Below, piece after piece: positions 1 to 8,861 of a DNA stretch of 64,000 nt. A program made the translations under genes and the position numbers. Every line of letters starts with the position of its first letter. Position 1 is the first letter of the stretch. Source of the stretch: Chloroflexota bacterium. GTDB taxonomy: Bacteria; Chloroflexota; Anaerolineae; Anaerolineales; UBA4823. The stretch is taken from contig JAJUJL010000005.1 in the NCBI GenBank assembly GCA_029265355.1, positions 168,339-232,338 of the forward strand, read 5' to 3'. The notes under the pieces were generated by a model. It ran no database searches. It worked only from the letters and a program-made list of their open reading frames with translations, and was not told the origin of the DNA.

Positions 1-751
1 GGACGAACGGAAAGCTGGTGTGCACCAGCACTTGCAGGGTTGCCCCCAGGCGTTCCTGGGCTATCTTTTCTTTGCGCAGGCGGGTGATGGGGTGCTCGAT
101 CGCCGCTTTCCAGATCACGCCGCTGACGATGGCGACTACGATGGTTGTTTCTGGCGCCAGGCGCGCAAAAAGCGCTACGCTCTCCGACCAGGTTGAGAGC
201 GACTCCTCCGCGCCCTGCATGCTGACCGGATCCGGTTCGATCCTGCCGGCTGGCATATTGAGCAATGCACCCCCGCTGCGCAGATGCGCGACTGCGGCGC
301 GTATGACTGCCATGCGCTGGGGCGTTTTTTCGTCCGGCACGTAGATGAGAGATGGGCTGACATTGTGCAGCGCCAGGAGAAATGGACGAATTGCGGCAAT
401 GATCCGCAAGTCTGAGCGCGGCAAGCTGGCGAACAGCGCCAGGGTATCGGTCATGCCCGGATGGTTAGAAAGCACCAGCAGTGGGCCTTCGGCTGGCAGG
501 TTTTCTGCGCCGACGATTTCCAATCCACCGACATAATTGTTCAAGGCGCGCCGCGAAGCGGCAGATAGCCCGCTGCGGGCAACATCCTGATCAAAGGCGA
601 TCATCTGGCGCGCGAAGCGGCGGGAGGGAAACCAACACAGCGCCTCCAACAGCCTGCGCCCGCGGCGCACGTTTTCCAAGCCCAGTGAAACCAGGAAATC
701 CTGGATATTGATCTGGGTCAGTGTTTCGAGCTGGCTGTCTTGAGCTGGCAT
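1..751 (-). CDS. Lysophospholipid/glycerol-phosphate acyltransferase (PlsC-like), truncated at window edge
   Basis: Manual translation from ATG at 751 (MPAQDSQLETLTQINIQDFL...). It contains GAENLPAEGPLLVLSNHPGMTD (HxxxxD acyltransferase motif) and stays open to the window edge. Not in the ORF track. Confidence 0.75.
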   Translation of the reverse strand, partial: MPAQDSQLETLTQINIQDFLVSLGLENVRRGRRLLEALCWFPSRRFARQMIAFDQDVARSGLSAASRRALNNYVGGLEIVGAENLPAEGPLLVLSNHPGMTDTLALFASLPRSDLRIIAAIRPFLLALHNVSPSLIYVPDEKTPQRMAVIRAAVAHLRSGGALLNMPAGRIEPDPVSMQGAEESLSTWSESVALFARLAPETTIVVAIVSGVIWKAAIEHPITRLRKEKIAQERLGATLQVLVHTSFPFV

Positions 752-848
752 GATAGATAGATCCCTTGCCCGTTTTCCCAGCGGGCGCTATGATTTTACC
801 CTGGGTGCAGGCAAGGGCAAAGGGTTGATGAATCCCCAGAAAGCAATT

Positions 849-2072
849 TTAGTGCGGTTTGAAGACCCCCAAAACGACGCCGCGGATCGAGAAGCCAGTC
901 GATCCTTGATCGAAGTACTGTTCCTCATACGCCAGATTGTTGCTCTTTGGCACCAGAGAGATGCGCCGGCCGCGGCGGTTAAAAATCTTTAGCGTGGCGC
1001 CTTCATCGACACCGTTGATCTCAGCGGCGACGATATCACCCGCCTCGCAAGTATCTTGCTGAACCACGAGCACAAAGTCGCCGGGGTCAATACCCGCCCG
1101 GTTCAGGCTGTCGCCCACCACCTTCAGAATAAAGTAGTTCCGGGTGGCTGTGAGACGGATGATACCCAGGTTGGCGCGCAGGCTGAACAGGCGGCAGTGC
1201 ACGCCCAGCAAGTTGAAGTCCTTCATTTCGCCATCGATGCGAATGCCGCCCAGGCGGTAGGGAAGCTGCCCATCCGGGCCAAAACCGCCGGCAGGGATGC
1301 GCCCGATGATGTTCAACTGGCGCGGGCGGGTGACTGCCAGGCGGGCTTCCACCCACTCCACGCGGGCGCTGGTCTTCTTCACTGGCGCCACCACACCGGA
1401 GGCCGGCGGCGGATTCTCAGATGGAGACTCCGGCGATTTATCCCCAGCCACGGGCAGGTGCAGAATTTCGGTATTGCTCAGCGGCGCCTCCCCGGCAGGC
1501 GGCCTGGGAGACTGGGTTGGGATCGAGGGGCGATCGACAGGAGCTGCTACGAGCTCGCTCTCCCAATATTGATTGAGTTGCTGGCGCATCTCCTGGCATG
1601 CCGCCCGGTACCACTCTGTAGTGGGCCAGATGGTCTGGTTGGGCAGCGCCAGGATTTCAAAGTCCACCAGGCCGCCCTTGAAGTGCTCCAGGGCCTTCAG
1701 CGAAAGCGGTTTCTGCTCGTGCACCAGCAATCCCAGCATCCACAGCGCCACACCCCGAAAATGGCGGTGCTCATTTGCATTGGTCACCAATGGGTTGAGG
1801 ACTGCGACCGCTTGTTCGATAAGCTGAAACGCAAGCTCTTTTCTATCGACGGCATAGGTTGCCCGCCCGCACTCGATGTATATTTGAGCGCGCTCAAGGG
1901 AGTCCAGCTTGCCGGCGCTGGCTTCTTTCAAGGCAAAGATCAACCGTTCCACGTTTTTGCGCTGCTTTTGGTTAGCTGCCTGGCGCATCTGGTTGACCAG
2001 CACGTCAATGCCATGCTGGTAGCAGATAGCATCCGGTATCAAACGATGGTAGGTGCTTTCCAGGTCTTTCAT
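849..2072 (-). CDS. S24 (LexA/UmuD-like) peptidase domain protein with helical TPR-like N-terminus and Pro-rich linker
   Basis: C-terminal IIGRIPAGG (Ala-Gly site), LKVVGDSLNRAGIDPGD (Ser), GDIVAAEI and ATLK (Lys). GGAGG RBS precedes ATG 2072. Confidence 0.75.
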   Translation of the reverse strand: MKDLESTYHRLIPDAICYQHGIDVLVNQMRQAANQKQRKNVERLIFALKEASAGKLDSLERAQIYIECGRATYAVDRKELAFQLIEQAVAVLNPLVTNANEHRHFRGVALWMLGLLVHEQKPLSLKALEHFKGGLVDFEILALPNQTIWPTTEWYRAACQEMRQQLNQYWESELVAAPVDRPSIPTQSPRPPAGEAPLSNTEILHLPVAGDKSPESPSENPPPASGVVAPVKKTSARVEWVEARLAVTRPRQLNIIGRIPAGGFGPDGQLPYRLGGIRIDGEMKDFNLLGVHCRLFSLRANLGIIRLTATRNYFILKVVGDSLNRAGIDPGDFVLVVQQDTCEAGDIVAAEINGVDEGATLKIFNRRGRRISLVPKSNNLAYEEQYFDQGSTGFSIRGVVLGVFKPH

Positions 2073-2230
2073 TGCAATCCTCCCTGGCATCCCCGAGGCA
2101 AGGGGCGCAGTGCATAGAGAATAGCAAGGTCAACCGGGGCGCGTCAACTGATGAATGTCACATAGTATCAAGGAAGAATTGCAGAAATATTGCGAAACCG
2201 AAATAAAACCACCAGCATCCACACAGATTT

Positions 2231-3244
2231 CTACCTGAGGACTATATCCGCCACCACCCCGCGGTGATCCGAGACGCCATCAAACGGAGCAAGGTTGGTG
2301 TTTACAACGCGCCATTGCGGAGAAGCAAAGATGTAATCGATGCGCGCCAGCCACATCGGCACGGCGATGCCCGCCAGGCTGGGGCGCGAGCTGCCCGGCC
2401 CGTCGCTGCCGGGAAAGGTGTGTCCGAACCCAAATCCAGCCTCAGCCCAGGTATCCTGAAGTGTACCCGCCAGGATGCGGTAGGCCTGGCTGGTAGGCGT
2501 AGTGTTGGCATCCCCGGCGGCGATCAGCGGGCCGCGGCGTCTCGCCAGCTCGACAATTGCCTGCGCCTCCGCCTGCCGGTAGAGGCTCTGGTCTCCCAGG
2601 ATGGGCAGTGTGCCCAGCGTGGAAGGGATCATGTGAAAGTTGACCAGCGTCACTCGCTGGCCTTGCCATGCCATCTCCAGCACCTGCGGCTCGCCGACCC
2701 AATCCAGCGACAGGGCTTCCCCGGCGGGCAAGAGAGGATATTTGCTCAGCACCCCCATGCCATGTACGCCAGGCTGCGGGTCGAGCGCCTGGTATGGATA
2801 CTGTTCACCAAGCTCCGAGGCGAGCAGCGCTGCCAACGCGGGATTTAGCTCCTGAAGAAAAACGACCTCTGTATCCTGGCTGCTGATCATGTCCACCTGC
2901 GGCTTTGGGTTGGCGGCGTAACCCAGGGCGTTGAAGGTCAGCACCCGCAGCGCAGGCTCGGAAGCGCCCGAAGCGGATGGAGCAGGGACGAACAGCCCAC
3001 CCCACAGCCACAAGAAAGCAAACAGCGCCGCCAGGCTGCCAATCCACAGCTCCACCCGGCGGGTGCGCCAGGCGCCGAACAGCGCCAGCGGCAACGGGAA
3101 GAACAGATAGACTGCCAGGAGGTTGGCGAGCGCCACCGGCGCCAGGCGATCGCCGGTCAATGCACTCAAAACCAGCCAGCCAAACAGCAGGGTGAAATAG
3201 GCCCAGTTGGCGGCGACCAGGTAGCGAGAGATCAGGGGCAACAT
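2231..3244 (-). CDS. Endonuclease/exonuclease/phosphatase (EEP) family membrane protein
   Basis: N-terminal TM helices; LRVLTFN, FLQE, AAGDAN, RIDYIF and SDHRGV motifs. Confidence 0.85.
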   Translation of the reverse strand: MLPLISRYLVAANWAYFTLLFGWLVLSALTGDRLAPVALANLLAVYLFFPLPLALFGAWRTRRVELWIGSLAALFAFLWLWGGLFVPAPSASGASEPALRVLTFNALGYAANPKPQVDMISSQDTEVVFLQELNPALAALLASELGEQYPYQALDPQPGVHGMGVLSKYPLLPAGEALSLDWVGEPQVLEMAWQGQRVTLVNFHMIPSTLGTLPILGDQSLYRQAEAQAIVELARRRGPLIAAGDANTTPTSQAYRILAGTLQDTWAEAGFGFGHTFPGSDGPGSSRPSLAGIAVPMWLARIDYIFASPQWRVVNTNLAPFDGVSDHRGVVADIVLR

Positions 3245-3274
3245 CGAGCGAGATTATACTTGCCCACAGGCTGC

Positions 3275-4255
3275 TCAGGGCAGCACGAACCAACCACCCT
3301 GCAGGCAATCCAGTGCGGCGCGGTAGACGGGCTTGAGCAGGGGATGGGTGTCCATTGTCAGCGCTTCATCCGCAGTCAGCCAGGCCAGGTCGAGCGTCTC
3401 CGTGCCGTCAATGCGCAGCGATCCGCCGGTCGGGCAGCAAGCGAACAACGCCACCACCGATTGAACCCGATCGCCGTTGGGATACACCCAAATCTCCGGC
3501 GGCGAGAAGATGCCCAGCAGGCGCTGTGGAATCACCTCCAGACCGGTTTCTTCGCACAGCTCGCGCACCAACCCCTGGGCGGCGTTTTCTCCAAAATCAA
3601 GGTAGCCGCCCGGAAAATGCCACAAACCGTTATCCCTGCGCCTGGCGACCAACAGCCGTCCATCCGCACGTTGCACCAGGCCGGCGCTGCCGACGCCAAT
3701 GTACGCAGCATTGCCAATTCTTTCGCGGATCGACTCGATCTGCCGGGCGTATGGCGTGCGTTGATTGGGTGGGCGGAATGCGGGCGTCCCCCCTGCCAGG
3801 CAGTCGTCGAGCATGGCGTTGTACCAGGGCAGGATGGATTCACGCGGCAATTCCAGGGGAGCAAAAAAAGCTTGCTCTGTACTCTCCACGCCATCGACGC
3901 GCATCTCGCCGCCGGCAACCTGCGCTTCGAAGCACACCGTGAACTGCTGCACTTCGTCGCCATTGGGGTAGAGGGTGTCGTACTCAGGTTCGGAGTACAA
4001 GCCGACCAGACGCAGTGGACCGGCATGCAGGCCGGTTTCCTCCAGCAGCTCGCGGCGAGCGCAGGATTGGATATCCTCGCCTAGCTCCAGCGAGCCGCCC
4101 GGCAGCCCCCAGGCGTGGAAATCCGCCCGCCGCTGCAGCAGGATGCGCCCGATGGAATCGCGCAAAACGATAGAGGCAAACGCCAGGAAGGTCTTGGAAT
4201 GACCGATCTGGGCGCGCAGGTATTGGATGTACGATTGTGAGGGGAGATTTTCCAA
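3275..4255 (-). CDS. Tandem double NUDIX hydrolase
   Basis: Two Nudix boxes (GGSLELGEDIQSCARRELLEETG; GGYLDFGENAAQGLVRELCEETG). Start is uncertain (TTG 4255 preferred); the upstream in-frame extension is an RHS remnant. Confidence 0.85.
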   Translation of the reverse strand: MENLPSQSYIQYLRAQIGHSKTFLAFASIVLRDSIGRILLQRRADFHAWGLPGGSLELGEDIQSCARRELLEETGLHAGPLRLVGLYSEPEYDTLYPNGDEVQQFTVCFEAQVAGGEMRVDGVESTEQAFFAPLELPRESILPWYNAMLDDCLAGGTPAFRPPNQRTPYARQIESIRERIGNAAYIGVGSAGLVQRADGRLLVARRRDNGLWHFPGGYLDFGENAAQGLVRELCEETGLEVIPQRLLGIFSPPEIWVYPNGDRVQSVVALFACCPTGGSLRIDGTETLDLAWLTADEALTMDTHPLLKPVYRAALDCLQGGWFVLP

Positions 4256-4390
4256 TGATATGACTCGACTGCCAGGTATTAGGAACCTGAGAATGATACC
4301 ACGGGAATCCAGGGGTACTGTTTCACTGTGCAATACGTGATTGGCAATCTTGATGGTGGATCTTAAGACCTGGCCTGGGCAGAGCGAAGG

Positions 4391-4462
4391 ATGGTCGCCC
4401 AGCAGGTAATGCTGCTTCGCATTGACACGCATTGCCAGCCGTTGCGAGCTGGCGTAGAAGCA
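4391..4462 (-). pseudogene. RHS-core remnant
   Basis: Translates CFYASSQRLAMRVNAKQHYLLGDH, resembling the RHS core YYAGxQRxAMR...YLLGDHLGS. In-frame stops lie just upstream. Confidence 0.6.
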
Positions 4463-4512
4463 GGGCAGCTATCAGCCAGCCCATCCGCCCCGGACGAGTT
4501 GGTAACTCGTCC
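4463..4512. repeat. REP-like hairpin doublet (copy A)
   Basis: Perfect GGACGAGTT-GGT-AACTCGTCC (4492-4512), linker ATCCGCCCC, and a degenerate GGGCAG...AGCCC hairpin. Homologous to 40238-40284. Confidence 0.6.
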
Positions 4513-4721
4513 CACACGGTGTTGAGACCAGGATGGCGAGCGTGCTGATAATATCGAGGGGACTGGTGCAGTAATGCACCCTGGATGTTAACATTATCGC
4601 GAATTCCGGCTTGAAATAGTCGTGGGCAGGGTTTACCCTGGCCAGCCCAGATTAAAGTCCAATGAACCTATCATAAGCATCAGGACTCACACCGCCTGAT
4701 TCATGGTATGATTTATCTAAT

Positions 4722-5117
4722 TTGGAGGTTGCTATGGAAGATAAAATTACGATTATTGAGGGGCCTCCGCCCACCTTTGAAGCCGTTCCGGATGGTTGGG
4801 CGTTGGGCCTGAGCGAAGGCCCTATTCTTAACGATATTGCCGTAACCCGCTTGCGTACGTACAACGGCCCCTCTTTAGTCGAACGCTGCCACCGCGCCTG
4901 GCGCAATCATCAGCCGATCCACCTGGAATATCGCACCGAGGACGGCCTCCAGCATCAAGCGCCGATTGTTGCAGCGCGCACGCTGGAAGTGGATGAGGGG
5001 CAGATCCTCATCCTATGGCTGCGCATGGAGGATCAGGAAGTTGAATTGGAGCTGGACTACGGAGACGACGAAACCGATGATTTTGACTATGACGATGGAA
5101 GCACGACTCCCTTTTAG
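4722..5117 (+). CDS. Conserved hypothetical protein (acidic C-terminus)
   Basis: Clean ORF with GGAGG RBS and a terminator downstream. Confidence 0.7.
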   Translation: MEVAMEDKITIIEGPPPTFEAVPDGWALGLSEGPILNDIAVTRLRTYNGPSLVERCHRAWRNHQPIHLEYRTEDGLQHQAPIVAARTLEVDEGQILILWLRMEDQEVELELDYGDDETDDFDYDDGSTTPF

Positions 5118-5139
5118 CCCTGGCAACGGCTAATGGCAA

Positions 5140-5174
5140 ACGTCCCGAGCGTCTGGCTCGGGACGTCTTTTTTT
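5140..5174 (+). terminator. Rho-independent terminator
   Basis: ACGTCCCGAGC-GTCTG-GCTCGGGACGT followed by a T-run. Confidence 0.85.
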
Positions 5175-5243
5175 AAATCCCCTTTACGCAGGCGCAAGAA
5201 TTTATGCTAGACTCACAAACACACAAATGGCAGCGGAGGGAGA

Positions 5244-6059
5244 ATGGCAGAAAACGAGGCAACCTTACTCAGCGATCTCACCAGCGGCGTGTTGACGTTG
5301 ACCCTGAACCGACCCAAGGTGAACGCTCTCAACGCCGCTTTGATCCAGGCGCTGCAACAGGCGCTGCGTCTTGCCGCCAGGGATGCGCAGGTGCGCTGCA
5401 TACTGTTAACAGCAAAGGGCGCGGTCTTCAGCGCAGGGCAAGACTTGCTCGAGATGCAACAAGCGCAGGGCACATCGTTTCGCCAGCACCTGCAGCAAAC
5501 CTACAATCCGCTGATCTTGCAGCTTCGCCAGTTGGAAAAACCGGTACTGGCAGCAGTCAACGGGCCGGTGTCCGGGGCTGCTCTGGGGATTGTGCTGGCT
5601 TGCGACCTGCGCATCGCTGCCGAGAGCGCCCGTTTCGTGGTCGGCTTCCTGGGAATCGGACTAGCGCCAGATTCAGCGGTCTCGCTGCTGCTGCCAGCGC
5701 TGATTGGATTGGGACGAGCGACCGAGTTTGCCTTTTCCAACGCCCCAATCCACGCCGAGCAGGCGCTTGCCTGGGGACTGGTCAACCGGGTTGTGCCCAC
5801 AGCCGAGCTGGAAAACCAGGCCAGAGCCTATGCCCAGGCGCTGACGCTCGGACCGCTGGGCGCATTCGGGCTTGCCAAGCGGGCTTTCAATCGGGCAGTG
5901 CTGCCCAACCTGGAAGATGTGCTGGATTACGAAGCCCACCTGCAGGATATCGCTGCGCGCCTGCCTGAGCACCAGGAAGGCGTAGCGGCTTTCCTGGAAA
6001 AGCGCCTGCCACATTTCCAGCCTACGGCAGAATCAGGGCAAGCCACCGCAAGTAAATAG
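5244..6059 (+). CDS. Enoyl-CoA hydratase/isomerase (PaaG-like crotonase)
   Basis: LTLNRPKVNALN, FSAGQDL, KPVLAAVNGPVSGAALG and LAPDSA crotonase motifs. Confidence 0.9.
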   Translation: MAENEATLLSDLTSGVLTLTLNRPKVNALNAALIQALQQALRLAARDAQVRCILLTAKGAVFSAGQDLLEMQQAQGTSFRQHLQQTYNPLILQLRQLEKPVLAAVNGPVSGAALGIVLACDLRIAAESARFVVGFLGIGLAPDSAVSLLLPALIGLGRATEFAFSNAPIHAEQALAWGLVNRVVPTAELENQARAYAQALTLGPLGAFGLAKRAFNRAVLPNLEDVLDYEAHLQDIAARLPEHQEGVAAFLEKRLPHFQPTAESGQATASK

Positions 6060-6094
6060 CTTGCCTCACCCAGGGCATACGCACAGTGGGCAGG

Positions 6095-7105
6095 TTACTC
6101 GTAACCGCGCGGGTTCGCCGATTGCCAGCGCCAAACATCCGCGCACATGGCGTTGATATCCAGGCTGGCCTTCCAGCCCAATTCCCGTTCCGCCAGGCTG
6201 GGATCAGCATAGGATTCGGCAACATCACCAGGACGGCGAGCCACGATGCGGTAGGGGATTTTTACGCCGCTGGCTTTTTCGAAGGCTTGAACCACTTCCA
6301 GAACAGAATAGCCTCTGCCTGTGCCCAGGTTGTAGGCGACCACGCCTGGTTTCTGCTGCAGCTTCTCCAGCGCCTTGAGATGGCCTTTCGCCAGATCGAC
6401 GACGTGAATATAATCGCGCACCCCGGTGCCGTCTCGGGTGGGATAATCGCCGCCAAACACCGACAGCTCGCGCAATCGCCCCACCGCCACCTGGGCGATG
6501 TAGGGCAACAAGTTGTTGGGAATGCCCTGCGGATCTTCACCAATTCTGCCGCTGGGATGGGCGCCCACCGGGTTGAAATATCGCAGCAGAATGGCATTCC
6601 AGGCGGGATCGGCTCTGTGCAGGCTATAGAACATATCCTCGATGACCAGCTTGGTATGCCCGTAAGGATTGGTGAAGGAGCGCGGGAAATCCTCGGTAAC
6701 CGGTACTCGCTGCGGTTCGCCATACACTGTGCAGGATGAGCTGAAGACGATATCCTTAACGCCCATCCGCTCCATGACGCGCCACAAGACCAGCGTGCCG
6801 GTCAGGTTGTTGTGGTAGTAGCGCAGCGGTTGGGCGACCGACTCCCCGACGGCCTTCAGGCCGGCAAAGTGAATAACAGCATCGACGGCCGCGCGCTGAA
6901 AAACCGCTTCCAGGGCTGCTTCGTCCAACAAATCCACCTTGTAAAATTCTACAGGTTTGCCGGTAATACTCTTAACGCGGTGGACGGCTTCTTCTTTACT
7001 ATTCGACAGGTTGTCGACAATCACAACCTCGTAACCGGCATCGAGCAGCTCCACGCAGGTGTGGCTGCCAATGTAACCTGCCCCCCCAGTGACCAGGATT
7101 CGCAT
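6095..7105 (-). CDS. galE: UDP-glucose 4-epimerase
   Basis: [62 protein letters not shown] supports start 7105. Confidence 0.97.
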   Translation of the reverse strand: MRILVTGGAGYIGSHTCVELLDAGYEVVIVDNLSNSKEEAVHRVKSITGKPVEFYKVDLLDEAALEAVFQRAAVDAVIHFAGLKAVGESVAQPLRYYHNNLTGTLVLWRVMERMGVKDIVFSSSCTVYGEPQRVPVTEDFPRSFTNPYGHTKLVIEDMFYSLHRADPAWNAILLRYFNPVGAHPSGRIGEDPQGIPNNLLPYIAQVAVGRLRELSVFGGDYPTRDGTGVRDYIHVVDLAKGHLKALEKLQQKPGVVAYNLGTGRGYSVLEVVQAFEKASGVKIPYRIVARRPGDVAESYADPSLAERELGWKASLDINAMCADVWRWQSANPRGYE

Positions 7106-7115
7106 GACTTGCTCC

Positions 7116-7739
7116 TCACAACTGGACTTTTCGGTGATGAACGCGATGATGTTCCGCCTGAATGATTGCCGCAATCACATCCACGGTTTCTTTCAGGTGA
7201 TTATCATGGTTAACCACCACGTAATCGAATTCTTCGATGCGCTTCATCTCCTGCCGCGCCATGGCAATGCGCAGTTTCAACTGATCAGGAGGGTCGGTGC
7301 GCCGCTCAACCAGGCGCTGCACCAGGGCCTCTTCGCTCGCTGTGGTCAGAAAGATCAACACCGCTTGCGGGGCTTTCTCGCGGATGGTCGCCGCTCCTTG
7401 AACATCTACGCGCATGACCACATCCTTGCCGCTTTGCAGCGCTTCACGCACCTGTGCTCGGGGAATGCCCTTATAATCTTCATAGACAATGGCATATTCC
7501 AACAATTCATCGCGGTCGATCATTTCTGCGAATTGGCTGCGCGTATAAAACCAATAATCAACACCATGGCGTTCATTCTCACGCTTTGGGCGTGTGGTCG
7601 CGGTTACCACAAAATGAAAGGGCAAGCCGCGCGCTTTCATTTCGGCAATAACACTATCTTTGCCCGCTCCCGAAGGGCCAGAAATCACGATCAGCAATGG
7701 TTCAGAACGCTCGGGTTTAAAAAAGCCAGTTTCACTCAT
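7116..7739 (-). CDS. gmk: Guanylate kinase
   Basis: [12 protein letters not shown]-loop, [24 protein letters not shown]. Confidence 0.95.
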   Translation of the reverse strand: MSETGFFKPERSEPLLIVISGPSGAGKDSVIAEMKARGLPFHFVVTATTRPKRENERHGVDYWFYTRSQFAEMIDRDELLEYAIVYEDYKGIPRAQVREALQSGKDVVMRVDVQGAATIREKAPQAVLIFLTTASEEALVQRLVERRTDPPDQLKLRIAMARQEMKRIEEFDYVVVNHDNHLKETVDVIAAIIQAEHHRVHHRKVQL

Positions 7740-7808
7740 CGATATCGTGCTCCCAAAAATTATGCCCACTGATTATAATTCGAAAGTACTTTTGCCTGGA
7801 GGTAAATC

Positions 7809-8195
7809 ATGCCACACTATCCATACACCTGCCGGAACTGCCGCAAGCGATTTGAAGTCTTCATGACATTCAGCGAATATGGCACGCGCCGCGTGATCTG
7901 CCCCCACTGCCAGAGCGAGGAGGTGCAGCGCAGGATCACCCGTGTGCGCGTTGCGCGTTCTGAAGAAAGCCGCATGGAGTCGTTAGCTGACCCATCGAAG
8001 CTGGATGGGCTCGAAGATGATCCCAAGGCAATGGGACGTATGATGCGCGAAATGAGCCGTGAAATGGGAGAGGAGCTGGGGCCAGAATTCGACGAAGTGG
8101 TGGACCGCTTAGAATCCGGACAGTCGCCGGAAGAGATCGAGAAAGCCATACCCGAATTGGGCGGAGATGCCGACGGCGGGGATGATTTGTTATAG
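7809..8195 (+). CDS. FmdB family zinc-ribbon protein
   Basis: MPHYPYTCRNC...CPHCQSEEVQR signature. Confidence 0.85.
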   Translation: MPHYPYTCRNCRKRFEVFMTFSEYGTRRVICPHCQSEEVQRRITRVRVARSEESRMESLADPSKLDGLEDDPKAMGRMMREMSREMGEELGPEFDEVVDRLESGQSPEEIEKAIPELGGDADGGDDLL

Positions 8196-8203
8196 GCTGC
8201 TCA

Positions 8204-8836
8204 TTACGCCGGCGATTTTCCTGCGATTGCCAGGCGTTCCATAACCGCTGCTTTCACCGCCGCCTGGACGATCTCCGGCGGCGGTGCGGCATCTATCGTT
8301 ACCCAACGCGCAGGTTCCTGCCGCGCCAGGGCTAAAAACCCCTGGCGCACCCGGCGGTGAAATTCCAGGTCATAGGCATCCAGGCGATTCCACCCACCCT
8401 GCTGCGCCCGCCTTGCCAGCCCCACTTCCACATCCAAATCCAGCAACAGCGTCAGATCCGGTTTCAATCCGCCCGTGGCAAACCTGACAATTTCTGCCAG
8501 CGCTTCCAGGTCTACCTTATGACCATAGCCCTGGTACGCCAGGGTCGAATCAGCATACCGGTCGCACAGCACCACCCCCCCTTGCGATAAGTGTGGGCGA
8601 ATAACTTGCTCCACCAATTGCGCCCGCGAGGCTTGAAACAGCAGGATCTCGGTGCGCGGGTGCATGGCCTTGTTCTTCATATCGAACAGCACAGAGCGTA
8701 TTTGGTCACCAATCTCTGTGCCGCCCGGCTCGCGCGTGTGCAACACGTTGTAACCGAGCTGGCGCAGATGCTCTGCCAGGCTACGGATGTGGGTGGTTTT
8801 CCCACTTCCCTCGGGACCCTCGAAGGTAATGAACAT
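8204..8836 (-). CDS. tmk: Thymidylate kinase
   Basis: MFITFEGPEGSGKTT, TREPGGT, CDRYADSTLAYQGYG. Confidence 0.97.
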   Translation of the reverse strand: MFITFEGPEGSGKTTHIRSLAEHLRQLGYNVLHTREPGGTEIGDQIRSVLFDMKNKAMHPRTEILLFQASRAQLVEQVIRPHLSQGGVVLCDRYADSTLAYQGYGHKVDLEALAEIVRFATGGLKPDLTLLLDLDVEVGLARRAQQGGWNRLDAYDLEFHRRVRQGFLALARQEPARWVTIDAAPPPEIVQAAVKAAVMERLAIAGKSPA

Positions 8837-8861
8837 GGTCTGGTGAGTGTTTACCTTGCCG

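Noticed and set aside
1056-2117. 353-aa plus-strand ORF, plus many similar long antisense ORFs (8847-9788, 44681-45511, 47957-48961, 51897-53978, 56512-57678, 62223-63506)
   Set aside because: Shadow frames of recognisable genes in GC-rich DNA; no motifs of their own.
4256-4432. N-terminal extension of the NUDIX ORF in the track
   Set aside because: Partly an RHS remnant, the rest unconserved-looking; unlikely to be the real N-terminus.
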